Below, one piece after another: positions 56,543-64,000 of a DNA stretch of 64,000 bases. Source of the DNA: Thermodesulfovibrionales bacterium (lineage in GTDB: Bacteria > Nitrospirota > Thermodesulfovibrionia > Thermodesulfovibrionales > UBA9159); the NCBI GenBank assembly GCA_035686305.1, contig DASRZP010000103.1, positions 3,534 to 67,533 on the forward strand, in the 5' to 3' direction. Both the position numbers and the translations under genes were made by a program. Position 1 is the stretch's first letter, and every line of letters starts with the position of its first letter. The notes under the pieces were generated by a model. The model worked only from the letters and a program-made list of their open reading frames with translations. It had not been told where the DNA came from and ran no database searches.

Positions 56543-56845
56543 ATGAAACTCGGCATTCTCGTAAACACCGGCAGGAACCTGAAACACATCATAGGGTTGA
56601 CAGAGGCTGCTGTCAGGAAAGGGCACGAAGTGATGATATTTGCCATGGATGACGGGGTAAGGTTGTTCCGCGAGCCGGACTTTAAAACGTTATGCGGGCT
56701 TGACAACGTCTCTATGAGCTTTTGCGATCTCAGCACCGGTGTCCTTGACGTGCCGAAGGAAGGGATACCCGATGAGATCATCTGTGGCAGCCAATACAAC
56801 AACGCGGTCATGAACCACGATGCCGACAGGATCATCGTTCTCTAG
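56543..56845 (+). CDS. DsrE/DsrF-like sulfur-relay family protein
   Basis: The start is taken at Met12 of the track ORF: MKLGILVNTGRNLKHIIGLTEAAVRKGHEVMIFAMDDG...SFCDLS...ICGSQYNNAVMNHDADRIIVL. The size, the beta-alpha-beta N-terminus and the conserved Cys positions resemble the DsrE family. The assignment is from memory. Confidence 0.6.
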   Translation: MKLGILVNTGRNLKHIIGLTEAAVRKGHEVMIFAMDDGVRLFREPDFKTLCGLDNVSMSFCDLSTGVLDVPKEGIPDEIICGSQYNNAVMNHDADRIIVL

Positions 56846-56854
56846 AGGCAAGCG

Positions 56855-57025
56855 GTGAAGGTCCTCTACCTTATTCAGTCGTCCCTCGATGAGACGGCAG
56901 AGGCAATCATGGCCGTCCAGAAGAAAGGACATGATGTGAAGGTTATCGACCTCTCAAAAGGAGATCTCTCCTATGACGCTGTCATTGAGGAGATCTTCGG
57001 TCATGACAGGGTAATATCATGGTGA
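56855..57025 (+). CDS. small ORF (56 aa) downstream of the DsrE-like gene
   Basis: GTG start 9 nt after the previous stop: VKVLYLIQSSLDETAEAIMAVQKKGHDVKVIDLSKGDLSYDAVIEEIFGHDRVISW. It is below the track cutoff and its function is unknown. Confidence 0.35.
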   Translation: MKVLYLIQSSLDETAEAIMAVQKKGHDVKVIDLSKGDLSYDAVIEEIFGHDRVISW

Positions 57026-57276
57026 AAGGGAGCAATGAATAGGATGATGAGGGAAGGATAGATATTGAATTGTTGCGTTCGTTCACTATAGAATGAACGC
57101 ACAAACGGAGGTGGCGGTGTCTCTGGGGTAAGGGAAAGCACGACGTGAAGATACACGATCAAGCCGCTCATGTCGCGTCCGTCCAGACCGTAAACAGGAG
57201 GTGAAGCCATGACCTAGTTCATATCTCTCTTCCGAAAGCCGTTTCCTGCATTCAGAAATGAGAAAGGGAGGAGTGT

Positions 57277-59085
57277 ATGGATGAAAAACGTATCGATGAA
57301 GATAAGCTGTCCGAGGGAAAATGCGACTCCCCTGCAACCTGCGTGGTGGAGCCCAATAAGGGGATAAGCGAAGACTGGCTGTCTTTCTGGCTCGCCATGT
57401 TCATCTTTGTGGTTTCCCTTGTTTCCTTTGCCGGTGTGAACGTCTTCGGATGGGCCATATCCACCAACGTATGGACGGATATTTCGAAAGCTATGTCGCC
57501 CGCCTCGGCCGATCTGAAGCCCTTGAAGGGGGAAATAGCGAAGATTGAAGGGACCAAGATCACCATCAAAAAGGCTGACGGAAAAGAAGAGACCCTGACC
57601 GTAAAAGATGCTGCCCGGCTCAATGTGGGGGACAAGTATGAGAGAAAGGGGATGTCCGGCGTCATGTCGCTCGCACTGACCTATCTCTTCATGCTTGTGC
57701 TGATGACAGTGGGCGCAGTGCTCCTGCGCGCCCAAGTCGGGAAGTTCATCGTCGGCTTCACCATTGTCTTCTGGCTCAGTTACGGCTGCTGGATCATAGG
57801 CCATTATGCCTATATAGCAGCGACGGATGCCGGCAAGGCAGGGATCCCCTGGTCCATGAAGCTGACGGGTGAGGCAGGATTCATTGTTGCCCTCCTGGCC
57901 GGCCTCTTTATCGGCAACTTCATGCCGGGAGTTGCGAATCTCCTGAGGGAAGCCGTAAGGCCCGAGCTCTATATCAAGACCGCCATAGCCCTCATGGGGG
58001 CCCTGCTCGGTCTGAAGTCTGCACAGGCCTTCGGACTTGCATCGGCAGTGCTCTTCAGAGGGCTCTGTGCCATCATTGAGGCATACCTCATCTACTGGGC
58101 ACTCGTGTACTTTGTCGCCAGGAAATACTTCAGGTTCAGCAAAGAATGGGCGGCACCCCTGGCGTCGGGGATATCGATATGCGGCGTCTCGGCGGCCATA
58201 GCGACGGGTGGCGCCATAAGGGCGAGGCCGGTGGTTCCGATCATGGTATCGTCCCTCGTCGTTGTCTTTGCTGTTATTGAGCTCATCATACTACCCTTTA
58301 TGGCCCAGGCCTTCCTCTGGCAGGAGCCGATGGTGGCAGGCGCGTGGATGGGTCTGGCGGTGAAGACCGACGGCGCAGCCTTTGCAAGCGGCGCCGTTGT
58401 CGATTCCCTTGTGCTTGCGAAGGCCCAGGCAGAGGCAGGGGTGAAGTATGAGAGCGGATGGTTGCTTATGGCTGCCTCGACAACAAAACTCTTCATCGAT
58501 ATCTTTATCAGCATCTGGGCCTTCATTCTTGCCTATGTATGGTGCGCAAAGATAGAATGCAAGCCCGGCGAAAAGGTACAGGCCGGAGAGATATGGAGGC
58601 GGTTCCCGAAGTTCGTTATCGGCTACGCAATTACCTTTGTTGTTCTTCTCATCATCGCGGTCGCTCCGACTGCCCAGATCACCCCTGCCGAGAAGGAGAT
58701 CAAGGGATTGAAAAAGGAGATCGCTGCTGCTGAGAAACAGGTTCCGGCAGTCACAGAACCGGCGCAGCTGGCAGGGCTTAACGAGAAGACTCAGGCTGCG
58801 AAGCAGCGGATCAAAGACATCGAGGCCCAGATCAAGGAGCCAAAGAAGACCATGGCAGCGGCAAGGGATGCGACAGACGGAAGCAATGCTTTCCGGGTAA
58901 TGTTTTTTCTCGTGACGTTTTTTACCATCGGCGTTGTTTCCAATTTCAAGAAGCTCTGGGAAGAAGGGATCGGGAAACTGGCGGCGGTCTATCTCCTCTG
59001 CCTTTTCGGGTTCATCATCTGGATCGGGCTTGTGATCTCGTGGATATTCTTCCACGGCGTAAAACCGCCTATCGTGGCGGGTTAG
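57277..59085 (+). CDS. YeiH/UPF0324-type (putative sulfate-exporter family) membrane transporter with extra soluble insertions
   Basis: 602 aa. The family motif PLASGISICGVSAAIATGGAI is present. An extra N-terminal loop (about residues 70-125) and a C-terminal Lys/Glu-rich coiled-coil-like insert (PAEKEIKGLKKEIAAAEKQ...KQRIKDIEAQIKEPKK) make it far longer than the roughly 350 aa I expect for this family. Strong SD (GGGAGGAG). Confidence 0.7.
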   Translation: MDEKRIDEDKLSEGKCDSPATCVVEPNKGISEDWLSFWLAMFIFVVSLVSFAGVNVFGWAISTNVWTDISKAMSPASADLKPLKGEIAKIEGTKITIKKADGKEETLTVKDAARLNVGDKYERKGMSGVMSLALTYLFMLVLMTVGAVLLRAQVGKFIVGFTIVFWLSYGCWIIGHYAYIAATDAGKAGIPWSMKLTGEAGFIVALLAGLFIGNFMPGVANLLREAVRPELYIKTAIALMGALLGLKSAQAFGLASAVLFRGLCAIIEAYLIYWALVYFVARKYFRFSKEWAAPLASGISICGVSAAIATGGAIRARPVVPIMVSSLVVVFAVIELIILPFMAQAFLWQEPMVAGAWMGLAVKTDGAAFASGAVVDSLVLAKAQAEAGVKYESGWLLMAASTTKLFIDIFISIWAFILAYVWCAKIECKPGEKVQAGEIWRRFPKFVIGYAITFVVLLIIAVAPTAQITPAEKEIKGLKKEIAAAEKQVPAVTEPAQLAGLNEKTQAAKQRIKDIEAQIKEPKKTMAAARDATDGSNAFRVMFFLVTFFTIGVVSNFKKLWEEGIGKLAAVYLLCLFGFIIWIGLVISWIFFHGVKPPIVAG

Positions 59086-59102
59086 AAAGAAAGGATCGAG
59101 GT

Positions 59103-59264
59103 ATGGCAGACCAACCAAAATTGGCAGAAGAGTTGAAAAAGATGGAGTATGAGCCTTTGCTTCCCGTGGAAAAGAGGCTCATCGGGTGGAGCATCGTCCT
59201 GGGGACCGTGCTCCTCGGGCTCCTCGTCTGGATAAGCTACACCTTTTTCCCGAGCGGACATTGA
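59103..59264 (+). CDS. small single-TM protein (53 aa)
   Basis: The ATG at 59103 has an SD (AAGGATCGAGG): MADQPKLAEELKKMEYEPLLPVEKRLIGWSIVLGTVLLGLLVWISYTFFPSGH. It lies 17 nt after the transporter stop. Confidence 0.4.
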   Translation: MADQPKLAEELKKMEYEPLLPVEKRLIGWSIVLGTVLLGLLVWISYTFFPSGH

Positions 59265-59282
59265 CACTTCCATCAGGAGAGA

Positions 59283-59326
59283 GGAAGGCCCTGGCTCGGA
59301 GATTCATCCGGGGCCTTCCTTTCTCC
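59283..59326 (+). terminator. putative terminator hairpin after the transporter/small-TM pair
   Basis: The outer stem is GGAAGGC...GCCTTCC, the inner stem CTCGGA-gattca-TCCGGG, followed by the T-rich TTTCTCC. Confidence 0.45.
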
Positions 59327-59336
59327 TTCCTCTCTT

Positions 59337-61493
59337 GTGATAGACTATAGCATGCGGGACGAAAAGGGGCAGCTCCCCTTCGATACGAGATTGCTCAGTG
59401 AAGCCATCATCGAGCTCAATATCTGCCGCCGCAATGTCTCTATCTATCCGAGAGAGCATCCCGCAGTCGAACGGTCTCTGGACCGCGTCTTCGAATTTAT
59501 CCAGAAGCTTTTTGAACTGAGGGACGAGATCACCCTCGCCGTGGCAGGAGATGTCCTCATTGTCGACGATTTCTTTCTTGACAAGAAGAACCCTGTCTAC
59601 CGGGAGTTTGCCCTTCATATGAACAGGATGAATATCGCCTCGGTGACCTTCATCACCGGCCTCACGCGAGAGGAACTCTATGAGTTTCACTTCCTTCTTT
59701 CGGACGAGGCCAAGGATTTCGGCCCCGACGACGTGAAAGGAAGATTGCGGGAGCGCAAGGTGGCCCATATCAGGATAGATTTCGTCGATTACAGGGCTTT
59801 CGCCCTCCGCGAAGGACGGACCGAGACGGAAGCCTTTGGCAGGCACCTCTGGGACCGTTATGTCCATGCCCTTCTTCAGGGTACATTACTGACGGACGAT
59901 GTGTCTGATGCTGTTCACGATATCCCTCCCGATGAGCTCGCAAAGGTCATCAATAAGACGGCTTCCGGTGACCTTTCCGAGGAGAGCTATGACAGGGTCA
60001 TCATCTCCTACCTGAAAAGGTCAATGGAAAGAGTCTTTTCGAGCGCCGAACTCAAGAGGGTGATGGACTTCATCAGCGGGCTGAGACCCGACTTAAAGAA
60101 GCAGTTTCTTTCCTCTTCAGTCAATGCCATCTCACGCGATATGGAGTCTGCCCATGAGGCATTGAAGGGTCTCCCTGTCGAGGATGTCATAAACATCCTC
60201 GCTAAGATCAATGAGCAGAACGTCGCCGTCCCCGAAGTCCTGAGGAACCTCCTCGAAAAATTCTCGGAGATCGAGACCGGAGCTGTTGAAGACCTTACGT
60301 TCAGAGGCAACCTTATTGCCGATGACGTCTTCCTTTCATCTGATGTTATGGATCTTCTCGTCGGCCATGATTTTGAAAAGTTTGTGACCCGAACCTATCA
60401 GAGCGAAATCGAGAAGATCATGCGGTTCAATGTTTCACGGCTCGCCGGAGAGGGGCTGAAGGAGCTTGAGAACGAATGCAGCGAAGAGAATATGGAGAAG
60501 GCCTTTCATGCCTTGATCCGGGAACTCCTCGTGTCCAAAGTCGTTACGGAAGAGGAATACCGCTACTTCATCGATACCTTGTATGACCAGGCAGAGGAGT
60601 TCATCGGAACCGGTCAGTACGGCGCGGTTCTGAAGACCCTCGGAATTCTTGAAACAAACCATGGGGAAGGCATTTTTCCTGACCTGACCTCGGGGGCCCT
60701 CGCACATTACCATACTCCTGAGTTTATCGCGCAATTCACCGATTCACTGAGGATGGTAGGGAGGCAGGCGAGGGAGGAGGCCCAGGCACTCTGTGATCAT
60801 TACGGCGATGAAATACTCCCCGCCCTCTTTGATGCCCTTGCCGAAGAGAAATCTCAGGCGTTACGAAGTTTTTTTATCAGCCTCATTACCCATTTCGGCC
60901 CGAAGATCGTTCCTGAGGCGATCAAGCGTCTGAACGACAGCAGATGGTATGTGAAGAGGAACATGCTCTTGATCCTGAGCGAGTGCGATGAAAATCCCGG
61001 GCTCTATGCGCTACCCTATTGCCACCATGAGAACGTTCGAGTCAGCTTCGAAGCGATCAAGTGTCTCCTGAAAGCCGGTGACAGACATGGCCATCCCTCG
61101 CTGAGGGATTACATGCGTCATGAATCAAGAGAGGTCGTTGAACAGGCGATTCTTCTTTCCGGGGTCTACCGGGTGAAGGAATTGGTTCCTGACCTGCTTC
61201 AGATGCTCAGGAAAAAGGGAGTGAGCGGCGCCGACTTCTATGAGAAGATACGGGTCGTAAAGGCCCTCGGAGATATCGGCGACGCCCGGTCTATCCCTGC
61301 GCTCAGGGAGGTCCTTTCGATGAAGAGCATTCTCTTTAAGGGGACCCTCGACGATCTGAAAGGAGAGATTTACAAGACACTGAAGAAATATCCCTTTGCC
61401 CAGGTCCGGGACCTTGTGGAGGCCGGTACAACCTCTAAGAACGACACGATTCGGGAAGAGTCCCTGAAGCTTAAGAGGCTCGGGCAGGAATGA
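59337..61493 (+). CDS. HEAT/armadillo-repeat protein whose N-terminal domain is shared with the downstream HD-GYP protein
   Basis: 718 aa. The C-terminal third has HEAT-like repeats (RWYVKRNMLLILSE; VVEQAILLSG; IRVVKALGDIGDARSIPALREVL). The alternative start at ATG 59352 is equally plausible. Confidence 0.7.
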   Translation: MIDYSMRDEKGQLPFDTRLLSEAIIELNICRRNVSIYPREHPAVERSLDRVFEFIQKLFELRDEITLAVAGDVLIVDDFFLDKKNPVYREFALHMNRMNIASVTFITGLTREELYEFHFLLSDEAKDFGPDDVKGRLRERKVAHIRIDFVDYRAFALREGRTETEAFGRHLWDRYVHALLQGTLLTDDVSDAVHDIPPDELAKVINKTASGDLSEESYDRVIISYLKRSMERVFSSAELKRVMDFISGLRPDLKKQFLSSSVNAISRDMESAHEALKGLPVEDVINILAKINEQNVAVPEVLRNLLEKFSEIETGAVEDLTFRGNLIADDVFLSSDVMDLLVGHDFEKFVTRTYQSEIEKIMRFNVSRLAGEGLKELENECSEENMEKAFHALIRELLVSKVVTEEEYRYFIDTLYDQAEEFIGTGQYGAVLKTLGILETNHGEGIFPDLTSGALAHYHTPEFIAQFTDSLRMVGRQAREEAQALCDHYGDEILPALFDALAEEKSQALRSFFISLITHFGPKIVPEAIKRLNDSRWYVKRNMLLILSECDENPGLYALPYCHHENVRVSFEAIKCLLKAGDRHGHPSLRDYMRHESREVVEQAILLSGVYRVKELVPDLLQMLRKKGVSGADFYEKIRVVKALGDIGDARSIPALREVLSMKSILFKGTLDDLKGEIYKTLKKYPFAQVRDLVEAGTTSKNDTIREESLKLKRLGQE

Positions 61494-61494
61494 T

Positions 61495-62610
61495 ATGGAA
61501 CAGGTAGCACGATTTCTTGCAGTCCTCATGTCGGCCATATCGAATTGTTCACTCTATTCAAAAGAGCATAAATCCATCGATGAACTTTCACAAAAGGCCT
61601 TCTCGCTCCTTGATCAGATACTGAGAGGAAAAGAAGGTTTCGAACTCATGATCGTCGGAAATGATCTGATCGTCAATAAGGTTCCTTTCCGCAAGGAAGG
61701 CATTCATGGGATGAACCTCCTGAGGCGTCTGAAGAAGAAGAGTGTCACCGGTGTCAACTTCCTTCCGGGAGTGACGACGGACGAGATCAGACAACTCATC
61801 ATCGACATGTCTGATCCTCAGAAAGATCTCGCCGCGTACCCCCATATAAAGACCGGATCTGTAGATGTCCGCACCTCAGGCCCTCAGTCTGATACCCTCC
61901 TCGATCCCGATGGCCTTGCCCATCTGAAATCAGAACAGGTGGAGAAACTCAAGGAACTCTACCATGACGTTTCTCTCTTTCGGCAGCTGAATGTCGCAGG
62001 GATCGAAGAGGTTGTCGTCAACATGATCAGCGCCTTCAAGAGGCAGGCCAGCCTCCTTCAATTAATCAGCCCGGTAAAATCCTACAGCGAGTATACCTAT
62101 ACCCATGCCATAAATGTTTCGGTTCTGGCCCTCTTTCAGGCCGAATCCCTTGGCGTAAAGGGCCAACTGCTCCATGACATCGGAATAGCCGCCCTCCTCC
62201 ATGATGTAGGCAAGATCTTTGTATCAAAGGAGGTCCTTGAGAAGCAGGGCTCCCTGGAAGAGCGGGAGTGGGAAGAGATGCGGAGACACACGGTTTATGG
62301 CGCGAGATACCTTTCCAAGATAGACGCCCTGCCCCATATCGCTCCCATCGTGGCATTGGAACACCATATGAGATATGACGGAGAGGGATATCCAAGAATG
62401 AAGACGAGAGAGAACCATCAGCATCTCTGCAGCCAGATGGTTGCCCTTTCAGATTTCTTTGATGCCCTGAGGAGCAAGAGACCCTATAAGAAAGACTGGC
62501 AGATCAAGGAAATCATCTCCCTCATGAAGGCGAATGAGGGGAAGGAATTCAATGCCTTCCTCGTTGACAATTTCGCAAGGATCATGTCCCTGGCATTGAA
62601 GGCGGCGTAG
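61495..62610 (+). CDS. HD-GYP domain c-di-GMP phosphodiesterase-type protein
   Basis: HAINVSV...LLHDVGKIFV...HHMRYDGEGYP (HD and GYP motifs). It starts 1 nt after the HEAT gene stop. Confidence 0.85.
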   Translation: MEQVARFLAVLMSAISNCSLYSKEHKSIDELSQKAFSLLDQILRGKEGFELMIVGNDLIVNKVPFRKEGIHGMNLLRRLKKKSVTGVNFLPGVTTDEIRQLIIDMSDPQKDLAAYPHIKTGSVDVRTSGPQSDTLLDPDGLAHLKSEQVEKLKELYHDVSLFRQLNVAGIEEVVVNMISAFKRQASLLQLISPVKSYSEYTYTHAINVSVLALFQAESLGVKGQLLHDIGIAALLHDVGKIFVSKEVLEKQGSLEEREWEEMRRHTVYGARYLSKIDALPHIAPIVALEHHMRYDGEGYPRMKTRENHQHLCSQMVALSDFFDALRSKRPYKKDWQIKEIISLMKANEGKEFNAFLVDNFARIMSLALKAA

Positions 62611-62769
62611 CCCTCACCCACATACTTCATATACTTGGGAGTTGACGCCCGATTCGCAGGCAAGAGTCGGGGTTATTGGCCGGTCCGCTCACGCGGACCG
62701 TAACCGTCTTTCCAGAACAGCGTGCTCTCAGGATCATGTGGTTGGAACAATCACAGCGGGCCTTTCTGA

Positions 62770-63414
62770 ATGATGTATAATAGCCCTGTGCTTGTCGTCG
62801 GTTTGACAGGAAACTATGGGATGGGAAAGAGCACGGTCCTCGGCCTCTTCAGGGAGCTCGGTGCAGTCACCCTCAAGACCGACGGGATCGTGGACCTGCT
62901 TCTTCACGATGCAGGTGTACTTACAAAGCTCAGGCAAATACTCGGGGACTCCGCCTTTGCAGACGACGGAACCCTGATCAAGGCCAAGGTAGCTGCTGCC
63001 ATATTCCGCGATAGGGGACTCAGGGAGGCAGTGGAGGGACTCCTCCACCCCCTTGTCTTTGAGAAGATCGCTGATATTCTCGGGAAGCTGAGAAAAGAAG
63101 GTGCCGATAAGAAGGTCGTCGTTGTTGAGATCCCCCTGCTCTTTGAGAAGGAATACTCCAGGAGATTCGGAAAGACCGTCACCGTCTATACCGACCTTGA
63201 GACAGCCCTCAGTCGCCTCGGAGAGAAAGGTGTGAGCAGGAATGATGCCTTGTCGCGCCTGAGCGCCCAAATGCCCGTCGAGGAGAAGATCGGCATGTCG
63301 GACCTTGCCATAGATAACAGCGGCACTCTTGATGAGACCCGGAAGCAAGTGGTCAAGGTTTTTGAAGCCCTTAAGCTCATTGGGGAAAGGGATGATCGTC
63401 ATTCAGGGGCTTGA
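62770..63414 (+). CDS. coaE: dephospho-CoA kinase
   Basis: P-loop VGLTGNYGMGKST, plus the VVEIPLLFE motif. Confidence 0.85.
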   Translation: MMYNSPVLVVGLTGNYGMGKSTVLGLFRELGAVTLKTDGIVDLLLHDAGVLTKLRQILGDSAFADDGTLIKAKVAAAIFRDRGLREAVEGLLHPLVFEKIADILGKLRKEGADKKVVVVEIPLLFEKEYSRRFGKTVTVYTDLETALSRLGEKGVSRNDALSRLSAQMPVEEKIGMSDLAIDNSGTLDETRKQVVKVFEALKLIGERDDRHSGA

Positions 63415-64000
63415 AGCCCTTCAAGAACGGTATCCAAGTGTCGTCCTCACCATCGGCAACTTCGATGGGGTCCATAAAGGACACCAAAAGATATTCAAGA
63501 CGGTGGTGGACAAGGCACGGGCTTTGAACGGGACGGCCATGGCGATGACCTTCGACCCCCATCCCGTTCGCGTGCTCTTCCCTGAGAGGGGTCTGCGGAT
63601 TCTCACTCCCTTTGCCGAGAAGTCACGTCTCATGGAGCTCTATAGAATAGATGTTCTTCTCCGCATCCCCTTTACCAGGGAATTTTCGAAGACAGGACCC
63701 GATGATTTCATAAAGAAGGTGATCGTCGAAAAGATCGGCGCCCGGGAAGTCATCGTCGGCCACAATTATGCCTTCGGCAAAGGGAAGAAGGGAACGACGG
63801 ACCTCCTCAGGAGAAGGGGGAAGAAATACGGAATAGCCGTCAAGGTCGTGCGGAGCGCCAGGCTCTTCGGAGATTCGGTCAGCAGCAGCAGGGTCAGGAG
63901 CCTTTTGAGCAGGGGCAGGGTCTGTGAGGCATCCTGGCTTCTCGGAAGGCCTTACGCCATCGAGGGCGCCGTAGTCAGGGGAGCGGGAAGAGGAGGAAGG
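63392..64000 (+). CDS. ribF: bifunctional riboflavin kinase / FAD synthetase, partial (3' end beyond the window)
   Basis: Not in the ORF track because it has no stop. Hand translation from the ATG at 63392 gives MIVIQGLEALQERYPSVVLTIGNFDGVHKGHQKIF...MTFDPHP...GHNYAFG, open through position 64000. It overlaps the coaE end by 23 nt. Confidence 0.85.
   Translation, partial: MIVIQGLEALQERYPSVVLTIGNFDGVHKGHQKIFKTVVDKARALNGTAMAMTFDPHPVRVLFPERGLRILTPFAEKSRLMELYRIDVLLRIPFTREFSKTGPDDFIKKVIVEKIGAREVIVGHNYAFGKGKKGTTDLLRRRGKKYGIAVKVVRSARLFGDSVSSSRVRSLLSRGRVCEASWLLGRPYAIEGAVVRGAGRGGR

Noticed and set aside
1-64000. Looked for tRNA/rRNA genes, CRISPR arrays, transposases, integrases and long tandem repeats across the window.
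   Set aside because: I found no T-loop/acceptor-like GTTCRANYC contexts outside coding sequence, no regularly spaced direct repeats, and no recombinase-like ORFs in the track. A tRNAscan or CRISPR-finder run would be needed to confirm their absence.

Overview
This is a 64-kb bacterial chromosomal window, about half GC by eye. The gene content (multiheme cytochrome c, DsrE-like protein, HemW, GatA/GatB, RND/MacAB efflux, a sigma-54-type promoter) suggests an anaerobic Gram-negative lineage, but that taxonomy is only inference. Most of the window is housekeeping: trmD-rplS-rnhB, acs, hpt, queD, pmbA-like, acyl-CoA dehydrogenase, gatA/gatB, rlmI-like, hemW, mazG, cspA, dcd, pyrF, trpE/pabB-like, coaE and ribF. 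Two genes are absent from the supplied ORF track because they run off the window edges: a 7-heme cytochrome c at 1..508(-) and ribF at 63392..64000(+).

Five regions deserve a second look:
1. An accessory island at about 9.0-14.5 kb. It holds three or four toxin-antitoxin-like pairs, a truncated RelE/ParE toxin, a possible DNA-methyltransferase N-terminal remnant, and a translationally coupled RadC(JAB) + UvrD-like helicase / PD-(D/E)XK nuclease pair. This pair is my best candidate for an undescribed DNA-targeting or defence module.
2. A family of dispersed non-coding elements of about 215 nt. There are two full copies (gatA-gatB spacer; upstream of a VKOR-DsbA gene) and one internally deleted copy (upstream of pfpI). 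All share the same orientation, and no reading frame is conserved across them.
3. A decay zone after the RND pump: an EmrA/HlyD fragment, a frameshifted BrnT and an intact BrnA.
4. An orphan motA/motB pair behind a near-consensus sigma-54 promoter, divergent from a cluster of a DsrE-like gene and an enlarged YeiH-like transporter.
5. A HEAT-repeat protein and an HD-GYP protein that share an N-terminal domain.

I saw no rRNA, tRNA, CRISPR array, transposase or integrase. All calls come from reading the sequence and the ORF translations by eye; no database search was run.
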